Shown in pieces: positions 50,633 through 63,404 of a stretch of DNA of 64,000 bases (its first letter is position 1; the number at the start of each line of letters is the position of its first letter). The position numbers were made by a program, and so were the translations under genes. The stretch comes from Octopus vulgaris. Its lineage: Eukaryota. The notes under the pieces are model-generated. The model saw only the letters and a list, made by a program, of their open reading frames with translations. It was not told the DNA's origin and ran no database searches. The DNA lies in contig OX597828.1 in NCBI GenBank assembly GCA_951406725.2, forward strand, positions 20,646,001 to 20,710,000. The letters run 5' to 3'.

Positions 50633-53600
50633 TAGTTTTATTTTTATAGCGTACTTTCACTTCACTACCGAGCGCAGCTCTGTGTGCCTTAGGTATGTGC
50701 TGTGATTTGTTGTGATGCTCTGATGGTTATTGTATGGAAGGTGTTCTGCGTAGGATGTGTGCAGTGCCTAGTAGTGCAATTTTCTCTATGTCATATGTGT
50801 TTGTAAGTCCTGGTGTTTTTGTTATGTATTTGTCTGAATATTTTTTTATCATGCCTAATGCACCTACTATGATAGGAATTGTTTCTGTTTTTAGATTCCA
50901 CATTCTGGTTACCTCTATTTTCAGGTCTTTGTATTTTGAGAGTTTTTCCATTTCTTTTAGAGACACGTTGTCATCTGCCGGTATTGATACATCAATTAGA
51001 AAGCATTTTTTCTTTATGATCTCTGGTCTGTTGGTCTTAATTTCTCTATCTGTGTGTATCGGCATATCCCAGAGTATGGTTGCTTTCTCGTTTTCCGTGA
51101 CCTTTTCTGGTGTGTGCCTATACCATCTTTTTTCTGTTGTTATTCCATAATGTTGGCATAGTTTCCAATGTATGTAGGTTCCAACTCCGTCATGTCTGTG
51201 AATATATTCCTTCTTAGCCAGGACTGGGCAGCTAGAGATAATATGATTTATTGTTTCTTGTCCATCTCCACATATTCTGCAGTTACTTGTTATATTTATT
51301 TTCATTACATGTTTTTGGTAATTTCTTGTGGGGAGGCTTTGGTCTTGTGCTACAATTAAAAATCCCTCTGTCTCTGATTTGAGTCCTGAGCTTCTCAACC
51401 ATTGCTGGGATTTTTCTTTGTCTATTTCTTTTGCGTTTAGTTTAGCCCAGTATTTACCATGAAAGGGCTTTTCTTGCCATCGTTTTATTATGGTTCGTTG
51501 CTGTTCTATTTTTAGTTTGGATTTCATTTGTTTTATAGCTTTTGTTGTTTCTTCATCTTCTTCTTCTTCTTCATATTTATTAGGTGGTATGATTTCTTGT
51601 TTGTATTTGTCAGCTTCCTTAAATACTGAGAACAGTTTTTTGTTTTGCTCGTGTTTTGCCGCTATTTGTATCAGTTTTCCTTCCTTCTGAAGTAGATATT
51701 TTTGCAGTCCTATGGTGGTTATTTTATAGTAGTTTTCCAGTTGTATAAGGCCTCTACCACCTTCAATACGTTGTATATATAGTCTTTCTATGTCAGATTT
51801 TGGGTGATGCATCCTAGATCCTGTCATTATTTTTCTTGTTTTCCTATCTATTTTGGTCAGTTCATTTAGTGTCCAATTAAGGATATTGTAGCTGTAACTT
51901 ATAACTGGGACAGCTAAAGTATTAATACCAATTATCTTGTTTTTAGCATTGAGCTCTGTTTTTAGTATTGATCTAACTCGTCTATAATATTCTTTTTTAT
52001 TTTCTCTTTCATTTGTGTGTGTTGTGTCTTATCTAGTTCATGGATTCCTAAGTATTTGTAAGTTTGGCTTTGGTCTAATTCTTTTATTTCATTGGTTTTA
52101 TCTAGTGTGATGTTGCTACTCTTAACTAGTTTTCCTCTTTTCATGGTTACTTTGGCGCATTTTTCTAATCCAAATTTCATATCTATTTCTTTGGTAAATC
52201 CATGAACTGTCTTTAATAGTGTTTCCAGCTGTTTGTCATTTGCAGCGTATAGTTTTAGGTCATCCATATATAAAAGGTGGCTGATCGTTTTGCCGTAACA
52301 TTTATATCCGCATCCAGTTCTATTTAGCATATCAGATAGAGGTGACAGTGCCAAGCAGAAAAGGAGTGGAGAGAGCGTGTCTCCTTGGAATATTCCTCTT
52401 CAAATGGGGATGTCTTTGGTTTTCAAGAGTCCCTCTTTTGTTTGGAGCTGTAGCACTGTTTGCCATTTATTCATAGAGTGCCCTATGAATTTTATGATTG
52501 TTGGTGCTACTTTGTTAATGGCTAGTGTTTCGAGGATCCATGTGTGGGGGATGCTATCAAACGCCTTTTTGTAGTCGATTCAGGCAATACTGAGGCCTTT
52601 CTTCTTTCTGTGGCTGTCTTCAGTTATGGCTTTATTAATCATTAGTTGATCTTTACAGCCATATGAGCCTTTGCGGCATCCTTTCTGCTCTTCTGGGAAC
52701 AGGTTGTTTTCGTCCAGGTGCTTGTTCAACCTTTGCAATATCACTGCAGTAAATGCCTTGTACATTGTAGGGAGACAGGTTATTGGTCTGTAGTTTTCTG
52801 GTTTTGCTGTCTCATTTGATTTGGGAATTAAGATGGTTTTCCCCTTCGTGAGCCATTCAGGCATTGTCTCTGGCTCTGCTAGTATGTTGTTAAAGTTTTC
52901 AGCCAGCTTTTTGTGCATTCCTGTTAGATATTTCAACCAGAAGTTGGGGATCTTGTCGTGCCCAGGTGCCTTCCAGTTGCTTAGTCTTTGCAGTGCCTGG
53001 GTGACCTCTTCAGTTGTTATGGGGGTCCAAAGTTGCTCAGATGCTGAGTTTGTTGTTTTGATACTCCTTTTATTTGGTTGTTCTTTCGCCGACCATATTT
53101 CTCTCCAGAATTCTTCCACTTCTTCTGCCGTTGGTGCTGCAGTGATTTCTATTTTATTTTTGCCAAGTTCTTGGTAGAACTTTTGGGGTTGGAGTTGAAC
53201 TTTTTGTTTTGTTCAAAGAAGCGCTGGCGTTTCTCGTACCGGCGGATCCTTTGTGCTTTGGCAAGGAAACCTTGCTTCAGCTTTTCTTTTATCTCAGGTA
53301 AATCTTTTTCTGTGATGTTATATTTGCGGAGTATTTTTGTTTTCTTATTGTTGCTCAGTAGCGTTGATTGTCTACTGATTTCATTAAGAATCGACAGATC
53401 TTTTCTCATTTTTAGTATTTTGTTTTGGATGTTATTTATCCACAGGGTTTGTTTAGGTGTTGGTACTCCTGTTTGGATGGGTTTGAGTGAGTATCCAGCT
53501 TCTTTTGTGGCTGCAGTGGCTGCTGCGTATACTAAGTCATTTAGCTCAGTGATATCGCTTTTTGTTTCAGTGGCTATTAGTTCCGTGACGGCTAGGTTTA

Positions 53601-54212
53601 TGCTGTTTATAATTGGTGTTGTTTTTCGTCTATTTTGATTCTTGGGAGGTATGGTCGGTGGTCCATTTTGAGCTCTGTGGTTTTCAGTTCTTTGATTATT
53701 TTACTTTTTATATTATCATAATCATTAGGCTCCCCTTCGTTGTTTCCAGGTTTTAGCTTTGTGTCGCTTTCTTTCTTATTTATATGTTTGTTTGCCGTGT
53801 TTTGGCTTGCTGTTTGTCGTGTATTATTATGCATCCTTACGGTCTGGGTTTGTTGTTTTTTTGTTTACATCGTGTTTGTTGGGAATGTTACGTTTGTCTT
53901 CGTGTTTTACTGCTTCAGTGTTTATATTATTGGGCATTGTTGTGTGGCTTCTATCTACATTTTCCTGGTGTATTTTTTCTTTTAGATGTTCTATTTCTAT
54001 TTCTGATATTTTTTTGCGTTGAGAATGTATCTTCGTACGTTAGCTAATTTATTAGGGTTCATTGCTGTATCCAAGTCTATATTTATGTTATTTTCCTTCC
54101 ATATTTTATATGTATGTGTTGTTGTGTTTTCATTTTTTGGGTAGAGCACTGCTGTGAAGTATGCGTGTAAGATAGAAATGTATTCCTCACGTGTCCATTT
54201 ATGTCTTTTGGG

Positions 54213-54214
<2 letters not shown>
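50628..54214 (-). mobile_element. Near full-length R4/Dong-clade RLE retrotransposon in (TAA)n, frameshifted
   Basis: Ordered ORF pieces: N-terminal KRHKWTREEY, RIRRYEKRQRF, NWKAPGHD..YRPITCLPTMYK..EQKGCR, HLLYMDDLKLYA, CRICGDGQETINHIISSC, FLIDVSIP..EKLSKY, KIALLGTAHILR. (TAA)n at both ends. Confidence 0.93.
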
Positions 54215-54275
<61 letters not shown>

Positions 54276-54278
54276 GTA

Positions 54279-54495
54279 AGGCAGTGAGCTGGCAGAAATT
54301 TTAGTACGCCGGGCGAAATGCGTAGCCGTATTTCGTCTGCCGTTACGTTCTGAGTTCAAATTTCGCCGAGGTCGACTTTGTCTTTCATCCTTTCGGGGTC
54401 GATTAAATAAGTACCAGTTACGCACTGGGGTTTATATAATTGACTTAATCCCTTCTCCCAAATCTGAGATTTTGTGCTTCCAGTAGAAATGATTA
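54279..54495 (+). mobile_element. SINE family B, ATT-tail variant
   Basis: Complete head, B box, central block and TTGTGCTTCCAGTAGAAATGATTATT tail. Confidence 0.88.
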
Positions 54496-55119
54496 TTATT
54501 ATTGTTGTTGTTGTTGTTATCCTCATTTTCTCCGTATTCTTATCATTATCCTTCTTTTTCTCCTTTTATATTCTTCTCATTCTTATTATCATTACTATTA
54601 TCATCATTCCCCTGCTCCTCCTCCTTCTCTTCCTTCTTCTTTAATTTCAGTCCTAATCGATAAATTCTATGAACAAAAACGGCTTTCCAGCTGTGATAGA
54701 TAAACTCTATGATCAAAAACGGCGTTCCAGCTGTGAAAATCCCATCTTTTTCCTTCGCACACAACATACAAAATACAATATTATTGTATGATGTATCATC
54801 TTTCTTATAATCTCAGGATTTAGTTGCTATGTCTAGCATGTCGAGTGACCGTACTTATCCATTTTCACATCATTAGCTTGTGTTGTTGATGTCGGCTTTG
54901 TTTGGGGTTGGTTTTGCTGTTGTTATTCTCATTGTTGCTGTCGTGTGACTTCAGTTCAACTTTTATTAAGCAAACATATCAAAATAAATCCAACAATGAC
55001 TCTCCCATTTGAGGAGTGTCAAGGACTACATTATCCAATGTAATTGTCCTTGTTTAACACAGTGAATATTAATCTGAGGGAAATTTCGCTATTTTTCCTG
55101 GCATGCTGTTGTTGTCTAC

Positions 55120-55611
55120 TTCTTTCTTCTTCCAGTCAGGACTCACACCATTAGCCACAAAGAATAATCTCTAATTCGAGTTTACTCTATGCTACTTAGA
55201 ATGCGTGTGGCAACTTGAAGATCCACCCACCACACGCGATAGACTGGCGGTTGTACAGGCGCGAAAGCTACGTTGTTATCCTCATTCTGTAAACGATGGT
55301 TTTCAACGGGTGGAGAGCTAAACCATCCTGGGGTACAGAGGATTCGCAATCTAGACAAGGGTCTGTAAGTTTTACCACACCATAGTGGATTACACCATGG
55401 TTCATCTGCTTTGTGGCAGAAGTAGGAAGAAAGAGTGAGAGAAAGTTGTGATGAAAGAGTACAGCGGGGATCAACCCCCGCCCCGCCGGAGCCTCGTGGA
55501 GCTTAGGTGTTCTTGCTCAATAAACACTCATAATGCTTGGTCTGGGAATCGAAACCGCGTTTTTACGACCGCAAGTCCGCTGCCCTAACCACTGAGCCAT
55601 TGCGCCTCCAC
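55120..55611 (-). mobile_element. SINE family C-related (tRNA head) with a different 3' region
   Basis: Minus strand GTGGAGGCGCAATGGCTCAGTGGTTAG (A box), GGTTTCGATTCC (B box), ACAACTTTCTCTCACTCTTTC as in the 60422 copy; diverges afterwards. Confidence 0.75.
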
Positions 55612-56050
55612 TGCTGTTGTTGTCGTTGCTGTCATCGGTGGTGTTTTTTTTGTTGTTTTGTTTTTTAAGATGACAAGAGTTCAGAAGAAAGAAGCGCAGA
55701 AACCGCTGTTGCAACAGGAATAAGAGGCTAACGAGTCACGACAACAATTTGACAGCTAGATAAATTAATCAAGATGACTTAGTTACGGAGTTAAACGTCA
55801 TGACACACCAAAAATACATTTTCTGATCTCCCTCATCCTTTTCCTTCTTACCGTATTGCCACCAAACTCCTATTACAAAAGAAAAGAAAGGAATATATTT
55901 GCTATATCTAAGACTAACATAAATTATTACACTGGAGCAATGCAATAGATAGATATAGAGATAGATAGATTGATAGAGAGAGAGAGAGAGAGAGATTGAT
56001 AGAGAGAGAGAGAGATGGACAGATAGATAGAGATAGAGAGAGAGATAGAC

Positions 56051-56128
<78 letters not shown>

Positions 56129-56264
56129 CAGTTTGGTTGTTTTTTTTGTAGATTCGATATCTTTGAGTTTGGTTTGTTTCCTCGCATAGATGATTTAGAG
56201 AGGAAACACTTCTCAGAACTAGAAAACATCTCTTCATCTCATTTTATTTTTACTCTTTTACTCT

Positions 56265-56318
<54 letters not shown>

Positions 56319-56429
56319 ACTCACTTTCTCTCTCATTGTTTTTTTTTCCTTTATCTTTTCCTTTTTCCTTTCTCTTTTTCTTCTTTTCTCTTCACCTGTA
56401 AACTATACAATGAAGACGCTACTGCTGTT

Positions 56430-56721
<292 letters not shown>

Positions 56722-57383
56722 CTCACAGAATATTCTCATTTCAATGATTTATTCGCTCGTATAATTAATTTCAAGCTCTGCATTTTCCAACACAGAATGT
56801 TTCTTTTCTCTCTTCTTTTACTTTCGTATTTCTTCCTTCTCCACTTATTCCCCCCCCCCACTCTCTCTCTCTCTCTCTCTCTTAACAATCTTCCTTTACG
56901 TATTTTCTCTTTCATTCTCTACTTATTCTTCCTTCTGTTTGTTCACTCATCGTAATTTACTCTTTTATTTCTTTCCTTCATCTCACTTTCTCCTTTCATA
57001 TATTTCTTAATTTATCAACTTCTGTCTTGTATTACATCGTACATCAAATCTCCCCCTCCTTATTACAGGTAATATGTTCAAATTACCTACAGTGAGATTG
57101 TTTCCACTTCTCTTCTTTTCTATTTATTTCTTTAACTTTCTTTTTACTTTATTTTATTTCTGTCTTTTACTTTTGCTCCTTCACTGTTAAAGAACTACAC
57201 GCACTTCCTGTGTAGTATTACTTTCTCTGTTTTTCTCTTTACACACCTCTCACTTCTTTAATGCAATCAAGTCGAAAATTTCTACATATTCCTTTCAGCC
57301 TATTGCAATTAGTTCTACCATTATGTTTATTTACTGATTTACATTTTATTAGAGTTATCGCCGTCGTCGTCGTGGTTCTTGTT

Positions 57384-57600
57384 AAGGCAGCGAGCTGGTA
57401 GAATAGTTACAACGTCCGTCAAAACGTTTAGCATCATTTCTTCGAGCCTTACGTTCTGAGTTCGAGTGCACACCAAGATTGACTTAACCTTTCATCCATT
57501 CCGGATCGATAAAATAAATACGAGTCGACCACTGGGGTCGAGGTTATCGACTAGCCCCACCACCAAAAATTTTAGACCTTCTGCCTATTGTAGAGAAGAA
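57384..57600 (+). mobile_element. SINE family B, degenerate
   Basis: AAGGCAGCGAGCTGG head, CCTTTCATCC block, CTGGGGTCGA. Confidence 0.78.
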
Positions 57601-57753
57601 AGTAAAGTTCCTTCCCGAGTCATATAAACTCATGAGGGCCGATTTCCTCGGCTTCCATAGCGTATATATTTACCATCTGGACGGAACACCGGTCTGCCGC
57701 ACGATTACTCTCAACCCCACCCCTATCATCTCACCGACTCTTTTACCTACACC

Positions 57754-57781
57754 TCAGGTAATGTTATTTATTGCATCTCCT

Positions 57782-57834
<53 letters not shown>

Positions 57835-58705
57835 TTGTCCTTCCTTTTACATTGGTCAAACGGGACTCCGCTTGGCCGACCGGTTCACTGAGCACCTCCA
57901 AAACCTCAGATTCGACAACGACACTTCCGCTCCACCGATCATTCGCTACGATATCTGTCTATGTTCGGACTGTCTCTGCACAAGGGTCATCTGGACCCTC
58001 GCCTCCACTGTGAACAAGAATCTTCTCCCTTCATTCTTTTGCTCCTCATGGGTTTAATCCGCCACCTTTCGTCATCTAACACCAACATCACACATATTCC
58101 CACACACGTTCCACCTTTAAATGCCCCTCCCCTCACATACACGCCCTCCCCACACGCACATACTATACACAGCCTCATATAACATATAACATATAACATA
58201 TAACATATACATATAACATTTCTATACGCACGCACACACACACACACACATACACACACACACGAAATGCACATTACTTCACACAATGCACTACACAATA
58301 TACACACGCTCTCATACGCACACACAGGCCCACATAATTTTAAGCTCACCCACACATACATTTACACGCATTCACCCCTATTCACACACACCATTCTTAC
58401 ATACACACACACACCTGCGCACCCTAGTTCAGTCGGGCCACCGTTGTTATCTCCCTTTCACTTAGCCTCTTTTCATCATGTTTAACCGTTAATCCGTACA
58501 CATTTTTTCTCTCAGTTTTTTTTTTTTGTTTGTTTGTTTCTTTTTCTCTCTCCCCATTTCTTCACTCACAATACCTTCTGTCGAAGAGCGTAGGCTCGAA
58601 GCGTCAAAGACTTTTCCATTCTTCCTGTGCGTCAAACTAATACACCTGCTGGTCGTTCCTTCACCTGTCTTTGTCTTTTGTTTTCTGTAAGTTTCAACTA
58701 TATAT
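57754..58705 (+). mobile_element. Penelope-like 3' remnant: GIY-YIG fragment plus terminal repeat
   Basis: SGNVIYCIS-(CT)n-LCPSFYIGQTGLRLADRFTEHL is the GIY-YIG signature; downstream hammerhead-like CTGTCGAAGAGCGTAGGCTCGAAGCGTC at 58578-58605. Confidence 0.8.
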
Positions 58706-59549
58706 ACATATACATTATCGAGTAGTTATTGCGCCTGAAGGGTCTACGATTCCGTACCAATGCTCTTATCAGCAATGCATATATTTCTCCCCGTCCCTTT
58801 TTCTCTCTTTCTCTCTCACTCACTCTCTTTCTTCGTCACTGTCTCATCTCTCCTCTTTTCATATTCTTTTCCTCCCTCGACCGCCATGTTTTCTTTTTCT
58901 TTTTCTCTCACCAACACAGCCAACACTTGGATAATCTCACCATTCAATTACTGACTGTAAAGACGTTTATGCATTCAACCCGCTAAGAACGGAAGATAAG
59001 AACAAGGCTTTAATCTCCTAGCCAAACTAAACTCTCAATGCTTCATTTTCTTCCTCACTTAACTTTATTCTATACAAAACTCATAAATAGACTTTCATTA
59101 TGGAAACATTTATAATATTACATGTTTTATATCCCAACAGAAATAAAGATATTTTTTTATTCTCTTCTAACATTAAATACTGTATTTAGCTACAACAATA
59201 CGATAATGAAAAGAGTAATGCTGAAAAATAAAAGTATTTTAAATATTTGTAATTCTTTTAAATTTAAACTAGAAGTTTCAGCTCTTCAAATATACAATAT
59301 TTCTGATAATGAATAGATTTCGAAGCGATCGTCTGCATACGGTAGCAAAGGAGAATACATATAAGAACGGTAATCTTATACAAGATTTTGTTGTCTCGAT
59401 ATCATTTCGAGAGCCACGTTTTCAGTCCGATAACTATGGAACGGCGTCGGTGACATAATCGAAACTTTTAACGCGAAGAAACAATATTTACGAATATCGA
59501 TAAACACATCCACCAATATAGAAATATGGCCATTTATAAAATGTTGAAA

Positions 59550-59962
59550 TTTCCCCATGTGCTTGATGTAGCTGTTTGTTGTTCGAAGCCACCCTGTGAT
59601 TGGATAGTGACCCACTAGTCTTCCCATATCGAAAATAGTTCTCGTTTGTTGACGCTGGGATCCAGTTCCGGAATCTCATTCCCTCTCTGGAACACCAACA
59701 CACTTGTTTTATCTCTTTGAAGCGTGAGCCCTAATGCAGCTCCTCCAAACATTGGCCCCGGTGGTTTCGCAGTCAGCCTGCACTTCTTTAGGTGACCTAT
59801 GACCTCTGCGGCAGACACTACAGTTTCGTCTCCCAGGATGTCGTCTATATAGAAATTGGAGACCTTTTTTTACCTTGTTCACCTTTCCCAGGATGGATAT
59901 TAACATCTTTGCCGTGATCTTTGGTGCAGAATTCAGCCCGAAACCCAGCCTAGTCAAGTCAA
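59550..59962 (-). mobile_element. LTR-retrotransposon reverse transcriptase fragment (Gypsy-like)
   Basis: Stitched minus frames read [14 protein letters not shown]...NFYIDDILGDETVVSAAEVIGHLKK...RELFSI..RLVGHYPITGWLR; FGL-x-x-AP and YIDD are LTR-type RT motifs. Confidence 0.8.
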
Positions 59963-59984
59963 ACAATATGTCTATCGTATATAT

Positions 59985-60045
<61 letters not shown>

Positions 60046-60064
60046 CGCGCGTGTGTGTGTGTGT

Positions 60065-60260
60065 GTGCTTGTCCCCCCACCATCGCTTGACAACCGATGT
60101 TGGTGTGCCTACGTCCCCGTAACTTAGCGATTCGGTAGTAAGAGACCGATAGAATAAGTTACCAGGCTTACAAAGAGTAAGTCCTGGAGTCGATTTCTTC
60201 GACAAAAGGTGGTGCTCCAGCATAGCCGTAGTCAAATGACTGAAACAAATAAAAATAGAA
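60065..60260 (+). mobile_element. SINE family A, 3' half
   Basis: TTGTCCCCCCACCATCGCTTGACAACCG through GACTGAAAC. Confidence 0.85.
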
Positions 60261-60275
60261 TGTATGTATACATGC

Positions 60276-60419
<144 letters not shown>

Positions 60420-60421
60420 TA

Positions 60422-60720
60422 GTGGAGGCACATGGCCTAGTGGTTAGAGCAGCGGACTCACGGTTGAGGCATCGCAGGTTCGAATCTCACACCGGGTGAT
60501 GTGTGTGTTTATGAGCGAAACGCCTTAGCTCCATGCGGCTCTGGCAGAAGGTAATGGCGAAACTTCTGCTGACTCTTTCGCCACAACTTTCTCTCACTCT
60601 TTCCTCCTGCATCTTGCAGCTCAGCTGCGACGGACCGGCGTCCTGTCCAGGTGGGGAACCTATACGCCAAGAAACCGGGAAACCGGCCTTTATGAGCCAG
60701 GCATGGCTTGAGAAGGAACA
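60422..60720 (+). mobile_element. SINE family C (tRNA-derived, V-domain-like), full length
   Basis: A box TGGCCTAGTGG, B box GGTTCGAATC, CTGCGACGGACCGGCGTCCTGTCCAGG block, 3' hairpin GAGCCA..TGGCTT, then (CATA)n. Confidence 0.85.
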
Positions 60721-61387
60721 TACATACATACATTCTATACAATATCTTTTCCTTACATGAACAACTACAAGTATTCTTAAACAGTAGGACGATAATTAGA
60801 ACTGTACAGTAATTTGTCATGGGGTTTTCTAAAGTGATTATCCTATTTGGTAGCATATGAAAAAAAAACCTTTACTCAAAAAAATCACTTTGGGTTTTAT
60901 ATGCAAAGGTGAGCGTCTGGTATGGCTTAATGCAGAAAAAACGTTTTACCTGAATAAGCACTGGGGAAATTAGGGTGCATCTCATATGCGGTTTTTCTTT
61001 TGTCATCTGATATGGTAATTTTTCAATCTTTTCTTGTATCTTTTATTTGTTGGCTGCGACCATGCTGTGGCACTGCCTTGAAGTGTTTTCGTCTAACAAA
61101 TCGACATTATTACATATTTTTTTAACACACACACACACATACGCACACACACATAAGGATGTGTATCTTTATACGCGCATGCGTTTCATCGTAGAAGAGC
61201 AGAATGGACTAAGCGAAGCAGGAGCACACACGAAGACGGAAAGTGTCGCTGAAGAAGTCACAGATGTGTGACGAAAGATTTCTAGACAACAGGCATGAGT
61301 TAAAATAAGTACAGTAACAAGCGAGTGAAGAACGAATATATAGTGCATGTGACCGTCCTGAAATACAACAATATACATCTATCTATC

Positions 61388-61420
<33 letters not shown>

Positions 61421-61651
61421 GGGGTATACTCTTTTACTTTTTTACTTGTTTCAGTTATTTGACTGTGGCCATGCTGGAGCACCGCCTTTAGTCGAGCAAA
61501 TCGACCCCAGAACTTATTCTTTGTTAGCCTAGTACTTATTCTATCAATCTTTTTTGCCGAACCGCTAAGTTACGGGGATGTAAACACACCAGCATCGGTT
61601 GTCAAGCGATGTTGGGGGGACAAACACAGACACACAAACATACACATACAC

Positions 61652-61707
<56 letters not shown>

Positions 61708-61713
<6 letters not shown>

Positions 61714-62109
61714 AAATATAACGAATGGTCATAATAGGACATTCGACTCACTAGAAAGAGCAGCCAAACTCGTGGATATATGTTCGTCCTTGGCTTCTCT
61801 GCTGACGAGGCACGCCAGTTGTAAACAAATTTAATTTAATTTAATTAATTTGTTTACTAAAGTTTGCCGAAACTATGCATAGTCCAGAGATGAAAGGGTA
61901 AACGTTTTTATTTCTCTTTCAATTTCAGAATTACAACTATTAGCGGTTTGAGTTTGGCTGCTCTTTCTAGTGAGTCGAATGTCCTATTATGGCCATTCCT
62001 TATATTTTTGAATGTATATCATATAGTCTTTGACTATCTTTTCTTTCTCACTGGACAGCTGGTAGCGGAGAATTTTTTCTAGAATTTTTTACTACCCTTA
62101 TATTTATTA

Positions 62110-62110
<1 letters not shown>
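61708..62110 (+). mobile_element. Penelope-like terminal fragment with 64-bp inverted arms enclosing a hammerhead
   Basis: 61708-61771 is the reverse complement of 61950-62013 with 2 mismatches; (TA)n on the left. Confidence 0.8.
61796..61890 (+). ncRNA. Type I hammerhead ribozyme (Penelope-type, palindromic loop 3)
   Basis: TCTCTG-CTGACGA-GGCA..long hairpin..TGCC-GAAAC-TATGCATA-GTC-CAGAGA: 6-bp stem I, complete core, G-C closed stem II, GUC triplet. Confidence 0.85.
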
Positions 62111-62169
<59 letters not shown>

Positions 62170-63404
62170 TATATGCATATATACGACGGGCTTCTTTCTG
62201 TTTCCGTCTACCAAATCCCCTCACAAGGCTTTGGTCGGCCCGAGGCTATAGTAGAAGATACTTGCCCAAGGTGCCACGCAGTGGGACTGAACCCGGAACC
62301 ATGTGATTCGTAAGCAAGCTACTTACCACACAGCTACTCCTTCGCCTAATTATTGTGTAAATTCAACTGGACATTCAGAAAATTAGCAACACTAAGATTA
62401 GTAACAACCATTATTCATTAGATTTAATCATTTAAATGTATCCATAACACTTTTCTAAGTGTATCTAATTCTTATTTATCCTTTATATTAAGAGAGATTA
62501 TTAAACCATCTTCTGGTAGAAACCAAGCTAAAATGCAGAGGATATTTAGTTTTGAAAGCTTAGAATAGAAATCTTATAATTTAAGATAATTCTGCTCCAT
62601 CACAGAGACACTCATCGGCGTTCTTTTCAATCCAAAATTATTTGTCAATAAATAGATTTCCGCCTGCATATAATAATCATATCAGATTCTCTGATTAAAA
62701 CAAAATTACAAACAAAAGACAAAGAATTTTAAAGCGTTTATTCATTATAGAGGGACGAAATTCTATTATATCAGGTTTTCGAAATTTTCAATGATATTTA
62801 TTATTAATAGCATAGAACCACATCATGGCGGAAACACTATCATTCGATAATGGATGAGAATTTAGTTGTAAATCTTATGAATAATAGAATTTAGAGCGTT
62901 GTTGCTGACTATACTTCTTCATTCATTTTACCTTACATTTTTGACTACATAAAAATAATTGGTCTTATCTTTTAATTCAACCTAAATATTTTATTCTCTT
63001 ATCCATTTCAAAATTAGTAGCTATTCTTTGACTTCTAGATTTAAAGAATTGTGTTGTTTGTCAGCAGATTCTTTGAGAAGTTTGTTTTATTCTTTATTTA
63101 TTTACTTATTTGTAAAAGTTTGCGATATTACCGTACAATAATCCTTACAATGTGTGCCATTCGTTGTAAATACAATTTTCGTGTTGTCCGATGAATTGAA
63201 TTCTTTAGTGTTTTGCAACATTTTTCGAAACTCTTAAAGAATTTCTAAAGTTATTTTAAATATTTTAAAACTTATTTCTTAAGCAAACTTTTTTTTTTAA
63301 TATCAGATCTGTTTCGCATTGTTTTCTGATACTAATTTCCTCTTTCTGAATCTAAAACGAAGAGGCATTGCTGTTGGTTTTGTTAAAAAAAAAAGTCTTC
63401 CAAA

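Larger units (their letters stand above)
61430..62347 (-). mobile_element. SINE family A split by a nested insertion in its internal TA tract
   Basis: 5' half at 62183-62347 and 3' half at 61430-61640; the 61708-62110 element lies between them. Confidence 0.88.

Noticed and set aside
59770-59830. CSVCRRGH as a Gag zinc knuckle
   Set aside because: An alternative frame gives YIDDIL..SAAEVIGHLKK, which fits an LTR reverse transcriptase much better.
60422-60495. tRNA gene
   Set aside because: A and B boxes are present but there is no clean acceptor stem, and the sequence continues into a SINE body found elsewhere in the window.
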